Assembly: GCA_963828625.1 (NCBI GenBank)
Contig: CAWHEX010000011.1
Span: 647,041-711,040 of the forward strand
Length of the DNA: 64,000 bases
Direction of reading: 5' to 3'
DNA from: an uncultured Alphaproteobacteria bacterium
Lineage (GTDB): Bacteria > Pseudomonadota > Alphaproteobacteria > Rhizobiales > Xanthobacteraceae
Below, in pieces: positions 47,460-57,550 of this stretch (within the stretch, counting starts at the first letter, position 1; every line of letters begins with the position of its first letter). Position numbers and translations under genes: made by a program. Below the pieces are notes generated by a model. The model ran no database searches. It had not been told where the DNA came from and was given only the letters and a program-made list of their open reading frames with translations.

Positions 47460-47978
47460 ATGGCGATGGCGCATTTCACCAGCCTTGCGGACCGCATCGA
47501 CCGCCTCAATACGGCAGTCGGGCGCGCAGCCTCGTGGTGTGCGCTCGCCATCGTGCTGATCGGCTTCGCGGTCGTGCTGCTGCGCTATGTGCTGGGCCTC
47601 GGCTCGATCTGGTTGCAGGAGTCGATCCTCTACGCGCATGCCGCGCTGTTCCTGCTCGCGGCTGCCTGGACCTTGAAAGAGGGCGGGCATGTGCGGGTCG
47701 ACGTGTTCTACGCGAGCGCCTCGACGCGCACCAAGGCGTGGATCGATCTGCTGGGTGCGCTTTTCCTCCTCGTGCCGTTCACGCTCGCGATCCTCTGGTT
47801 CGCGCTCCCCTATGTGGGACGCTCGTGGGCAATCTTCGAACGCTCGCGCGAGACGAGCGGCCTGCCGCTGGTGTTCCTGTTCAAGACCTTGATCCCGGTC
47901 TTCGCGCTGCTGCTCGCGTTGCAGGGCGTGGCGCAGGCAGCGAGGGCGCTCGCGGTTCTGCGCGGAGACGCACGCTAG
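47460..47978 (+). CDS. TRAP transporter small permease (DctQ-like)
   Basis: 172-aa ORF with four TM helices and LKEGGHVRVDVFY. Confidence 0.8.
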   Translation: MAMAHFTSLADRIDRLNTAVGRAASWCALAIVLIGFAVVLLRYVLGLGSIWLQESILYAHAALFLLAAAWTLKEGGHVRVDVFYASASTRTKAWIDLLGALFLLVPFTLAILWFALPYVGRSWAIFERSRETSGLPLVFLFKTLIPVFALLLALQGVAQAARALAVLRGDAR

Positions 47979-49520
47979 TGCCGCTTCCCGAAATCCTTGC
48001 CGTCATGATGGTCGTCGCGGTGTGCGGCCTGCTTGTTCGCAGGCTATCCGGTGGCGCTCACGCTCGGCGGCGTATCGCTCGCTTTCGCGGTGCTCGGCCA
48101 GGTGCTCGGCGCGATGGACCTCGGACTGCTCTACGCGCTGCCGCAGCGCATCTTCGGCGTGATGACCAACACGGTGCTGCTCGCGATCCCGCTGTTCATT
48201 TTCATGGGGGTGATGCTGGAGCGCTCGCGCATCGCGGAAGATCTGCTCGAAACGATGGGGCGGCTGTTCGGCTCGCTGCCGGGGGGGCTGGGCATTTCGG
48301 TCGTGCTGGTCGGCGTGCTGCTCGCCGCCGCCAAGGGCGTCGTCGGCGCGACCGTCGTCACCATCGCGCTGATCACGCTGCCGACCATGCTGCGCCACGG
48401 CTACGATCCGCGGATCGCCGCCGGCACCGTCGCCGCCACCGCGACGCTCGCGCAAATCCTGCCGCCCGCGACCGTGCTGGTGCTGCTCGGCGATCAGCTC
48501 AACAACTCCTATCAGGCGGCGCAGCTCTCGAAGGGAATTTTCGCGCCCGAGACGGTGTCGGTGAGCGACCTTTTCGCCGGCGCGATCGTGCCGGGGCTGA
48601 CTCTTGTGTTGCTCTATCTCCTGTTCCTCATTGCGGTCGCCATCGTACGACCCGCGGCGGTTCCACCGATCCCGCAGTCGAGCGAAACCGATGGCCTGTT
48701 CGCGCGGGTGCTCAGGGCGCTGATCGCGCCGGTGCTGCTGATCGTCGTGGTGCTCGGCTCGATCCTGATCGGGCTCGCGACGCCGACGGAAGCCGCCGCG
48801 GTCGGTGCCGTCGGCGCGGTGCTGCTCGCGGCGTTTCGTGCCGAGGGCGCGCAGCGGCCGGTCGCCCTGTGTCTCGGCGTCTTCGCCGCGTTGATGTTCG
48901 CGCGCGCGATCTTCGACCTGCGTGACGGCGTCGGTTTCACGCTCGCGCTGCTGCTGCTGGCGGCGCTGGCCTACGGGCTCCTGCTGGCGCTGCGCGCGGT
49001 CTGGCGCGCCGGCACCCTGACACCGACCGTCACCAAGACCACGCAGATGACCTCGATGATCTTCACGATCCTGATCGGCGCGACGCTGTTCAGCCTCGTG
49101 TTCCGCGGACTCGGTGGCGACGAGATGGTGCATCGCGCGCTCACGGGTCTGCCGGGCGGCGCCACCGGCGCGATCCTCGCCGTGATGGCCGCGATGTTCC
49201 TGCTCGGCTTCGTGATGGACGCGTTCGAGATCATCTTCGTGGTGGTGCCGATCGTCGCGCCGCCGCTGCTCGCGATGGAGGGCGTCAATCCGGTCTGGCT
49301 CGGCATCATGATGGCGGTGAACCTGCAGACCTCCTACATGCATCCGCCGCTCGGCCCGACGCTGTTCTTCCTGCGTGGCGTCGCGCCGCCCGAGATCACC
49401 ACGCGGCACATCTACGTCGGCATCATTCCGTTCGTGCTGATCCAGCTCGTCATGCTGATCGTGCTCTGGCTCGCGCCGGGACTTGCGACATGGCTTCCAC
49501 GAGTGCTGTATGGCGGCTGA
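47978..49520 (+). pseudogene. TRAP transporter large permease (DctM-like, long COG4664-type), probable frame break near 48030
   Basis: ORF 48033..49520 (495 aa) starts only 3 residues before the conserved GYPVALTLGG. The expected N-terminal helix VPLPEILAVMMVVAVCGLL is encoded from the GTG at 47978 in another frame. If the TTG at 48033 is the real start, the gene is intact. Confidence 0.6.
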
Positions 49521-49541
49521 GAAAGCGCCCGGAACGCATCA

Positions 49542-50317
49542 ATGAAAGCCGCACAGCTCTTCGACATTTCAGGCCGCGTCGCGCTGATCACCGGCGCATC
49601 GAGCGGGCTTGGCGTGCATTTCGCCGAGACGCTCGCCGAAAACGGCGCGAAGGTCGTGCTGGTCGCACGACGCGCCGACCGGCTTGAGGCGTTGAGGAAG
49701 AAAATCGAGGCGGCGGGCGGGCAGGCGATCGTGGCCGAGGCCGACGTGCTCGACCGCGCCGCGATGGTGCGCGCGTTCGACGCCGCCGAGAAGGCGTTCG
49801 GCACCGTGACGATCCTGGTCAACAACGCCGGCATCACGCATGCGGACCGCGCCTACGAAATGCCCGAGGAGACGTGGCGCAATGTGCTCGGCACCAATCT
49901 CGATGCGGTGCTCTACTGGGCGCAGGAGGCTTCGCGAAGCGCATGATCGCCGCCAAGAAGCAGGGCGCGATCGTCAACATCGCGTCGATCCTCGGTTTCA
50001 ACGTCGCGAAGGGCGTGGCGGCCTATTCGGTCGCGAAGGCCGGCGTCGTGCAACTCACCAAGGCGCTCGCGATCGAGCTTGCGTTCCGTGGCGTGCGCGT
50101 GAACGCGATCGCGCCGGGTTTCATCGTCACCGAGATCAACGACGAGTACCTCAAGAGCCGTCCCGAAATGACGCGCAACATCCCGGTCGGACGCTTCGGC
50201 GAGACGAAAGACCTCGACGGCGCGCTGCTGCTGCTGTGCTCGAATGCGGGAGCGTTCATGGCGGGCTCGACCGTCGTGGTCGACGGCGGACAGGTGCTGA
50301 CGATCACCGGCGCTTAG
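49542..50317 (+). pseudogene. SDR family oxidoreductase, one frame break near 49925
   Basis: ORF 49542..49946 gives MKAAQLFDISGRVALITGASSGLGVHFAE...NNAGI...LYWAQEA. It continues as FAKRMIAAKKQGAIVNIASILG..YSVAKAGV..VVDGGQVLTITGA* in ORF 49874..50317. Confidence 0.8.
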
Positions 50318-50781
50318 CCGTCAGCGGCGAGCGCCGCCTCGGCCGTTTGCGCAAGCTGCCTGCGCCGCTTCCACACATCGTGCGCCACCATCCCGCCGAT
50401 CATCGCGGCAACGAACAGCAGGACCATCGGCGACAGCGTCGCGATGTTCGCAATCGCCGGTCCCGGACAGAGGCCGACCAGTCCCCAGCCGGCGCCGAAC
50501 AGCGCAGCGCCCGCGATCAGCGGCCGGTCGATGTCGGCGCGCGTCGGCCAGGCGGCGACCTCGACGAGCACCGGCCGGCCGCGCCGCTTCGCAAGCCAGA
50601 AGCCGGGGATCGACACGATCAGCGCCGCCGCCATCACGATCGCGAGCGTCGGGTCCCAGCCGCCTTTCGGGATCGCCAGCACATCGAGGAAGCCCAGCAC
50701 GCGCGCCGTGTCGGTCATGCCGGAGATCACAAGTCCTGCGCCGAAGATCAATCCACAGATGAGGGCTGCGAGGATCGGCAT
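50314..50781 (-). CDS. YeeE/YedE family (DUF395-type) sulfur-transport membrane protein, second half-size subunit
   Basis: Inside ORF 50314..51060, starting at MPILAALICGLIFGAGLVISGMTD and containing ...GAGWGLVGLCPGPAI... Confidence 0.65.
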   Translation of the reverse strand: MPILAALICGLIFGAGLVISGMTDTARVLGFLDVLAIPKGGWDPTLAIVMAAALIVSIPGFWLAKRRGRPVLVEVAAWPTRADIDRPLIAGAALFGAGWGLVGLCPGPAIANIATLSPMVLLFVAAMIGGMVAHDVWKRRRQLAQTAEAALAADG

Positions 50782-50789
50782 GGTGCACC

Positions 50790-51206
50790 TCACAACGCGT
50801 GGCGGGTGAGCGCGACGACCAGCATCGCGACCGCCATGAACGTCATGGTGGCGGCGATCGAGCGCGGCGAGAGCCGCGCAATCCCGCAGATGCCATGCCC
50901 CGAAGTGCAGCCGTTGCCGAGCCGCGTGCCGAACCCAACGAGCAGGCCCGCGACGACGACCACGATCCAGCCCGGCATCGCCGGCGCGCGCAGCGGAGCG
51001 CCGATCACTGCGATCGCCAGCGGCGCGGCGATCAGGCCGGAGATGAAGGCGAGACGCCACACGCGGTCGCTGCCCGCGAGATCGACCAGGTCGCCGAGAA
51101 TGCCCGCGATGCCGGCGATGCGGCCGGAGAGCAACATCAGCAGCGTCGCCGCAAGCCCGATGAGTGCGCCGCCGGCCGCGGCCGAGACAGGATCGAAGGG
51201 AGCCAT
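50790..51206 (-). CDS. YeeE/YedE family sulfur-transport membrane protein, first half-size subunit
   Basis: Inside ORF 50790..51251, starting at MAPFDPVSAAAGGALIGL and containing ...FGTRLGNGCTSGHGICGIARLS... Confidence 0.65.
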   Translation of the reverse strand: MAPFDPVSAAAGGALIGLAATLLMLLSGRIAGIAGILGDLVDLAGSDRVWRLAFISGLIAAPLAIAVIGAPLRAPAMPGWIVVVVAGLLVGFGTRLGNGCTSGHGICGIARLSPRSIAATMTFMAVAMLVVALTRHAL

Positions 51207-51285
51207 GATGGCCTCGTTTGCGTGTGCGCTAGCAGATAGGCTCGCGGCCATTCCTTGTCATCTGTGGCAAACACAGGAACCGGAC

Positions 51286-51918
51286 ATGAAATTCTATGAC
51301 TGCGCGACCGCCCCGAGCCCGCGCCGGGTGCGCATCTTCCTTGCCGAGAAGGGCATCAGCATCGAGACCGTGCAGGTGGACCTGCGCAACGGCGAGCAGT
51401 TCACGGACGCATTCCGCGCGATCAATCCGGATTGCACCGTGCCGGCACTCGTTCTCGACGACGGCACCGTGGTCGCCGATGCGGTCGCGATCTGCGGCTA
51501 TATCGAGGAGTTGCATCCTGAGCCGCCGCTGATCGGCGCGAGCCCCCAAGAGCGCGCCGTCGTGACCGCGCTTAACCGCCAGATCGAGCGCGATGGCTTT
51601 TTTGCTGCCATGGATGCGTTCCGCAACGTGGCGAAGGGATTGAAGGGACGCGCGCTGCCGGGGCCGCACGACTACGAGCAGATTCCCGAACTGGCCGAAC
51701 GCGGGCGTGCGCGCATCGGGCACTTCTTCAAGGGGATGAACGCGCGGCTCGCGGACCGGGAATTTGTCGCGGGCAGCCGGTACACCATCGCGGACATCTC
51801 CACGATGGTGCTCACCGGCATGGCGGTCGGGATGGTCAAGCTTGCCATTCCGGAGGATTGCCCGCACCTGCTTCGCTGGCACGCGGCCGTCTCGGCGCGG
51901 CCGAGCGCGAAGGCGTGA
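51286..51918 (+). CDS. glutathione S-transferase
   Basis: This is the tail of ORF 49840..51918: MKFYDCATAPSPRRVRIFLAEKGISIETVQVDLRNGEQFTDAFRAINPDCTVPALVLDDGT... It has a thioredoxin-like N-domain and a helical C-domain. Confidence 0.85.
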   Translation: MKFYDCATAPSPRRVRIFLAEKGISIETVQVDLRNGEQFTDAFRAINPDCTVPALVLDDGTVVADAVAICGYIEELHPEPPLIGASPQERAVVTALNRQIERDGFFAAMDAFRNVAKGLKGRALPGPHDYEQIPELAERGRARIGHFFKGMNARLADREFVAGSRYTIADISTMVLTGMAVGMVKLAIPEDCPHLLRWHAAVSARPSAKA

Positions 51919-52007
51919 GTGCTGCGTTGCGCCAAATGTCGCGCGCGGCCTCGCGGCTGCAACTTCCTGCTGGCATCCCAACGCGAAACGAAATTGACCC
52001 CTCGGCG

Positions 52008-52038
52008 TTGAAATGTCAGCATTACTGACGCTTTTATT
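52008..52038 (+). promoter_or_regulatory. possible sigma70-type promoter (TTGAAA-N18-TTTTAT) with a GTCAG-catta-CTGAC palindrome in the spacer, upstream of the ior-family gene
   Basis: Seen directly in an AT-richer patch about 90 nt upstream of the ATG at 52130. There is no experimental support. Confidence 0.25.
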
Positions 52039-52129
52039 CTTGCAACTCGGTGCCTAGATTGCGGGTGGGCGACGTTGTCCCCTTGGCGGCTGCCGGGCCG
52101 CCGCGCCACACTGCCTGGCGGAGGCCGAA

Positions 52130-55100
52130 ATGACGCTGAAGAACGTCACCCTCGACGACAAATACGATCTTTCGCAAAGCCGCGTGTTCGTCACGGGTTA
52201 TCAGGCGTTGATCCGCGCGACCCTGATGCAGCAGGAGCGTGACCGGCTCGCGGGCCTCAACACCGCCGGATACGTCTCGGGCTACCGCGGCTCGCCGCTC
52301 GGCGGGCTCGACCAGCAGTTCATGCGCGCCAAGGGCGTGCTCGACAAGCACAACGTCCTCTTCCAGACCGGCCTGAACGAGGATCTCGCCGCCACCGCGA
52401 TCTGGGGCACGCAGCAGGCCGAGTTGCGCGGCGAGGGCAAGTACGACGGCGTGTTCGGCATGTGGTACGGCAAGGGGCCGGGCGTCGACCGCACCGGCGA
52501 CGTCTTCCGCCACGCCAATTTCGCCGGCTCATCGAAGAACGGCGGCGTGGTCGCCCTGATGGGCGACGACCACACGGCGGAATCCTCCACCACCGCGCAC
52601 CAGTCCGAATTCCATTTCGTCGACGTGATGATCCCGATCCTGAACCCAGCGGGCGTGCAGGAATTCATCGACTACGCGCTCTACGGCTGGGCGATGTCGC
52701 GCTATTGCGGCTCGTGGGTGGCGCTCAAATGCATGCACGAGACGGTGGAGTCGACCGGTGTGGTCCAGGCCGGGCTCGACAGCCTGAAGATCGTCATTCC
52801 GGGTGACGACGAATTCAAGATGCCCCCCGGCGGGCTCAATATCCGGCTGGTCGACGGCATCCTCGATATGGAAGCGCGCCTGCACGACTACAAGCGCGAT
52901 GCGATGCTGGCCTTCGTGAAGGCGAACAAGATCAATCGCGTTATCACGTCAGGCGGGCCGAACGCGAAGATCGGCGTCATCACGGTCGGAAAAAGCTATC
53001 TCGACGTGCGCCAGGCGTTCGATCAGCTCGGCATCGACGAGGTGAAGTGCAACGACCTCGGCATCCGGCTGTTCAAGATCGGCTGCCCGTGGCCTATCGC
53101 GCGTTCGGAGCTGCGCGACTTCGCCAAGGGGCTCGAACTCATCATCGTGGTCGAGGAGAAGCGCTCACTGATTGAAGTGCAGGTGCGCGAAGAACTCTAC
53201 GGCATCCCGAATCCGCCGGTCGTGATCGGCAAGCGCAACGAGCGGGAAGAATGGCTGTTTCCCGTAAAGGGCGCGCTCGATCCGCAGGACATTGCGATCG
53301 CTGTCGGCGAGCGCGTCCTCGCGCGCGGGCACAATGACGAGCTGGCGAACCGCGTTTCGCGGATGAAGCAGGGCCAGAGCGCGGTCGCGGCGATGACCGA
53401 CGTGTCGGCGCGCACGCCGTATTTCTGCTCGGGCTGCCCGCACAACTCATCGACCGTCGTGCCGCAGGGCATGCGCGCCTACGCGGGCATCGGCTGTCAC
53501 TTCATGTCGCAGTGGATGGACCGCAATACGCTCGGCTGGACCCACATGGGCGGCGAGGGCGCGAACTGGATCGGCGAGGCGCCGTTCTCCAAGCGCAAGC
53601 ACGTGTTCCAGAACCTCGGCGACGGCACCTACAATCACTCCGGCTATCTGGCGATCCGCGCCTCGGCGGCGGCCGGCGTCAACGTCACCTACAAGATCCT
53701 GTTCAACGACGCGGTCGCGATGACCGGCGGCCAGCGCAACGACGGCGGCCTCACGGTGCCGATCATCGCGCGGCAGGTCGCGGCGGAAGGCGCCAAGAAG
53801 ATCGTCGTCGTCACCGACGAGCCGTGGAAATATCCGAAGAACACCGAGTGGCCGGCGGGCCTCACGATCCATCACCGCGACGACCTGATGACGGTGCAGA
53901 CCGGCCTCGCCGACGTGGCGGGCCTTTCGGTGCTGATTTACGATCAGACCTGCGCGGCCGAGAAGCGCCGCCGCCGCAAGCGCGGCCAGTTTCCCGATCC
54001 CGACAAGCGGGTCGTCATCAACGAGCTCGTCTGCGAAGGCTGCGGCGATTGCGGCGTGCAGTCGAACTGCGTGTCGGTGCAGCCGCTCGACACCGAATGG
54101 GGCCGCAAGCGCACCATCGACCAGTCGAGCTGCAACAAGGATTTTTCCTGCTTGAAGGGCTTCTGCCCGTCCTTCGTGACGGTCGAAGGCGCGAAGCTCA
54201 AGCGCGGCAAGGCGATCGAGGCGCCGAAGGATTTGCCTGCGCTGCCCGAGCCTAAGCAGCCCGAGATCGCGCGGCCGTTCTCGATTATCGTCACCGGTGT
54301 CGGCGGCACCGGCATCGTCACCATCGGTGGCGTGCTCGGCATGGCGGCGCACCTCGAAGGCAAGGGCGTCGGCATCATCGATCAGGCCGGCCTCGCGCAG
54401 AAGGGCGGCGCGGTCTATAGCCACATCCGCATCGCGAAGAAGCCGGAAGATATTCACGCCATCCGCGTCGCGGCGGGCGAGTGCGATCTCGTGCTCGGCG
54501 GCGACATGGTGGTGGTCGGCAACAAGAAGGTGCTCTCGACCGCAAAGCTCGGCGGCACCACGATGGTGATCAACACCGCCGAAATCCTGCCCGGCGACTT
54601 CACCCGCAACGCCGACTTCTCGCTGCCGACCGAACGGCTCAAGCGCGCGATCAAGACCGCGGCGGGCGCGGAGAAGACCCGCTTCGTCGATGCGACGCGG
54701 CTTGCGACCGCGCTGCTCGGCAATTCGATCGGCGCGAACATCTTCATGGTCGGCTACGCCTATCAGCTCGGCGCGTTGCCGCTTTCGGCAGAGTCGATCG
54801 AGAGGGCGATTGAGTTAAACGGCGAGGCGGTGCCGATGAACCTCGCGGCGTTCCAGTTCGGTCGCCGTGCCGCGCACGACGCGGCCTCGGTCGACGCGCT
54901 GGTGAAGCCCGCGCCGGAAGCCGCAAGCGATGCGCGCCGGCTATCGCAATCGTTCGACGAGACGGTGGCGCGGCGCGTTGCGTTCCTGACCGACTACCAG
55001 AACGCCGCGTATGCGGCGCGCTACAAGACGCTGGTCGGCAAGGCGCAGGCCGCCGAGGCCGCTAAAGCGCCCGGCAAGACCGGGCTTGCCGACGCGGTCG

Positions 55101-55615
55101 CGCGTTATGCGTTCAAGCTGATGGCCTACAAGGACGAATACGAGGTCGCGCGGCTTTACGCCGGGCCGGAATTCCTCGCACAGGTGAAGAACGAGGTCGC
55201 GGGCGAGAACCTCACGCTCAAGTTCCACCTCGCGCCGCCGCTGTTTGCGAAGAAGGACCCGGTGACCGGTGTCGCCAAGAAGATGACGTTCGGGTCGTGG
55301 ATGCTGCCGGCGTTCCGCGTGCTGGCGAAGTTCAAGTTCCTGCGCGGCACCGCGCTCGACATCTTCGGCTACTCGGAAGAACGCCGCACCGAGCGCAAGC
55401 TGATCGCCGACTACGAGGCGCTGCTCGACGAGATCGTGGTCAAGCTGACGCCCGACAATCATCACGTCGCGGTGGGTCTGGCGGCGATCCCGGAGAAGAT
55501 CCGCGGCTTCGGCCACGTGAAGGCGCGCCATCTCGTGGCTGCCAAGGCCGATGAGGCCGCGCTGCTCGATCAGTTCCGCGCGGGCGGGACGCCGATCCTC
55601 AAGGCCGCCGAGTAG
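52130..55615 (+). CDS. indolepyruvate:ferredoxin oxidoreductase family protein (fused IorA/IorB type)
   Basis: 1161-aa uninterrupted ORF. It has an N-terminal TPP/pyrimidine-binding region, a cysteine cluster CEGCGDCGVQSNC...CNKDFSCLKGFCPSF, and a C-terminal gamma-like domain (IVTGVGGTGIVT). Confidence 0.9.
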   Translation: MTLKNVTLDDKYDLSQSRVFVTGYQALIRATLMQQERDRLAGLNTAGYVSGYRGSPLGGLDQQFMRAKGVLDKHNVLFQTGLNEDLAATAIWGTQQAELRGEGKYDGVFGMWYGKGPGVDRTGDVFRHANFAGSSKNGGVVALMGDDHTAESSTTAHQSEFHFVDVMIPILNPAGVQEFIDYALYGWAMSRYCGSWVALKCMHETVESTGVVQAGLDSLKIVIPGDDEFKMPPGGLNIRLVDGILDMEARLHDYKRDAMLAFVKANKINRVITSGGPNAKIGVITVGKSYLDVRQAFDQLGIDEVKCNDLGIRLFKIGCPWPIARSELRDFAKGLELIIVVEEKRSLIEVQVREELYGIPNPPVVIGKRNEREEWLFPVKGALDPQDIAIAVGERVLARGHNDELANRVSRMKQGQSAVAAMTDVSARTPYFCSGCPHNSSTVVPQGMRAYAGIGCHFMSQWMDRNTLGWTHMGGEGANWIGEAPFSKRKHVFQNLGDGTYNHSGYLAIRASAAAGVNVTYKILFNDAVAMTGGQRNDGGLTVPIIARQVAAEGAKKIVVVTDEPWKYPKNTEWPAGLTIHHRDDLMTVQTGLADVAGLSVLIYDQTCAAEKRRRRKRGQFPDPDKRVVINELVCEGCGDCGVQSNCVSVQPLDTEWGRKRTIDQSSCNKDFSCLKGFCPSFVTVEGAKLKRGKAIEAPKDLPALPEPKQPEIARPFSIIVTGVGGTGIVTIGGVLGMAAHLEGKGVGIIDQAGLAQKGGAVYSHIRIAKKPEDIHAIRVAAGECDLVLGGDMVVVGNKKVLSTAKLGGTTMVINTAEILPGDFTRNADFSLPTERLKRAIKTAAGAEKTRFVDATRLATALLGNSIGANIFMVGYAYQLGALPLSAESIERAIELNGEAVPMNLAAFQFGRRAAHDAASVDALVKPAPEAASDARRLSQSFDETVARRVAFLTDYQNAAYAARYKTLVGKAQAAEAAKAPGKTGLADAVARYAFKLMAYKDEYEVARLYAGPEFLAQVKNEVAGENLTLKFHLAPPLFAKKDPVTGVAKKMTFGSWMLPAFRVLAKFKFLRGTALDIFGYSEERRTERKLIADYEALLDEIVVKLTPDNHHVAVGLAAIPEKIRGFGHVKARHLVAAKADEAALLDQFRAGGTPILKAAE

Positions 55616-55622
55616 CGCGAGA

Positions 55623-56879
55623 TCAAGCGACCATCGCGCTCGGCGCATTGCTTGCGAACAGCGCCACCGCCTCCGCGCGCGGCATCGGACGCGCCAGCAG
55701 ATAGCCCTGCGCGGCCTCGATCCCGATTGTGCGCAGGGTTTTCAGTTCCGATTCGGTCTCCACGCCCTCTGCGACGATCGTGGCGTTCAACTGATAGGCA
55801 AATCCGATCAGCGCCATCGCGAGCGCGCGCCGCGCCGCATCAAGATCGATGCTGCGCGTCAGGCCCATATCGAGCTTGATGATGTCGGGCCGCAGCTGAA
55901 GGATGTGCTGCAGGCTCGCGTAGCCCGCGCCCGCGTCGTCGATCGCGATGCGCAGGCCGCGCGCGCGCAACGGCGCCAGCGCCATGTTCAGGCGCGCATA
56001 GCTCTCCACCTGCGCGTGCTCGGTGATCTCCAGCACGATGCGGTCGGGATCGACACCTTCCATCGCTGCCGCGATGTCCCCGGAGAGGATCGTTTCCGGC
56101 GAGGCGTTCACCGACAGGTAAACGGTTTGCGGAAAGTCCGGCAGCGCCGAAAGTGCCCGGCGCATCGCGGCAAGCTCAAGCGTCGTGCCAAGGCCCGTCT
56201 CGGCGGCCTCCTTGAACCACAGATCCGGCGTGCGCAACGGCGTTGCGGAGAAGCGCGAGAGGCTTTCGAGTCCGACCGGCTTTCCGGTTTCGATATCGTA
56301 GATCGGCTGATAGACGATCGTGAGGCCATCGCCATCCATCGCCTGCTGGATGCGCGCGCGCTTTTCTTCCGTCTCGCGCGAGACCGCAAGGTCGCGCTGG
56401 ATTTCGAATGCCGCGAGATCGGCGAACACGCGCATCATGCTGAGGTCGCGCTTGTGCAGCGAGTGGTCGGGCGCAAAGCCGAGGCAGCAGAACATCCCGT
56501 AGGGGCTGCCGTCGGGCATGCGGATCGGAACGCTCATGTGCCGTCCGATCGGTACCTTCTGCATGATCGGCAGCGACATCGCGAGCGGTTCGGCCGAGGT
56601 GTCGGGAATGATCTCCGGCAGGCGTCCCTCGAGAATGTGACGGCAGAAGATATCGTCGAGCGATTGCGAGTCGCCGGGCTTGATCACGGCTTCCAGTCCG
56701 GGCGCATCGACCTCGCGGAACACCGCGCGGTCGCCGACGAACTCGGAGACGTAAGCCACTTCCATTCCGAGATGCGAGCGGATCGCGTGAAGCGCGCGCT
56801 TCACGATCCCGTCCGACGACTGCGCGCCGGTGGGGGATGAGATCAGGTCATAAATGGCCTTCTTGGTGGCCTCTGGCAT
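55623..56879 (-). CDS. GAF sensor domain + EAL domain c-di-GMP phosphodiesterase
   Basis: Inside ORF 55623..56912, starting at MPEATKK. The N-terminal part is GAF-like. The EAL part has YQPIYDIETGKPVGLESLSRF, EITEH, IAIDDAGAGYASL, IKLDMGL and AEGVETESE. Confidence 0.85.
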   Translation of the reverse strand: MPEATKKAIYDLISSPTGAQSSDGIVKRALHAIRSHLGMEVAYVSEFVGDRAVFREVDAPGLEAVIKPGDSQSLDDIFCRHILEGRLPEIIPDTSAEPLAMSLPIMQKVPIGRHMSVPIRMPDGSPYGMFCCLGFAPDHSLHKRDLSMMRVFADLAAFEIQRDLAVSRETEEKRARIQQAMDGDGLTIVYQPIYDIETGKPVGLESLSRFSATPLRTPDLWFKEAAETGLGTTLELAAMRRALSALPDFPQTVYLSVNASPETILSGDIAAAMEGVDPDRIVLEITEHAQVESYARLNMALAPLRARGLRIAIDDAGAGYASLQHILQLRPDIIKLDMGLTRSIDLDAARRALAMALIGFAYQLNATIVAEGVETESELKTLRTIGIEAAQGYLLARPMPRAEAVALFASNAPSAMVA

Positions 56880-57002
56880 CGCGCGCTCCTCCGCTCCTCG
56901 CAGACTACGCACGAGGCATTTATTAGTGTAAATCGGCGGCGCTGTTCTTTCCCGGACAGATAAAGAAAGCCTAACCGGATCGCAAAAACGCGGCGGATCG
57001 GA

Positions 57003-57476
57003 TTACCGCCGTTGGGCTTTCCACGCTTCCAGCACAGCGACGGCTTCGCCATCGAGCTTCTGCTCGGCGGGCATCGCGCGCTTCTCGACCGGCAATGCGA
57101 TCTGCGAGCGCACAAGCGAGGTCTGCGCCCGCGGCAGGCGCGGGAACACACGGTCCGACTGCGCGACGGATGCGCCGTAGTACATGCGCGCGATCCCGGA
57201 GATCAGCATGGTCGCGACGCACATCGAGCACGGCTCGGCCGAGGTGTAGAGATCGCACCCGGTGAGATCGAGCGTCTTGAGATTGCGGCACGCATCGCGG
57301 ATCGCCTCCACCTCGCCATGCGAGGTCGGATCGAAGCGGCCGTCCGCGTGATTGAGCCCTTCGCCGACGATCTTGCCGTCCTTCACGATCACCGCGGCGT
57401 AGGGCCGCGCGCCGGGCTTCTCCAGCGCCTGCGCCGAAATTTCAATCGCGCGGCGCATGAATTTTTCGTCGTACAT
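57003..57476 (-). CDS. nucleoside/guanine deaminase (CMP/dCMP deaminase zinc-binding family)
   Basis: 157-aa ORF with the zinc-binding motifs HGEVEA and PCSMC. Confidence 0.85.
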   Translation of the reverse strand: MYDEKFMRRAIEISAQALEKPGARPYAAVIVKDGKIVGEGLNHADGRFDPTSHGEVEAIRDACRNLKTLDLTGCDLYTSAEPCSMCVATMLISGIARMYYGASVAQSDRVFPRLPRAQTSLVRSQIALPVEKRAMPAEQKLDGEAVAVLEAWKAQRR

Positions 57477-57550
57477 GGTGCCTCCAAACGCAGTTCAGGC
57501 GGGTGGCAAAACGTGGCATGCTCGCCGCAACAACGCAAAGGGAGCACGCC

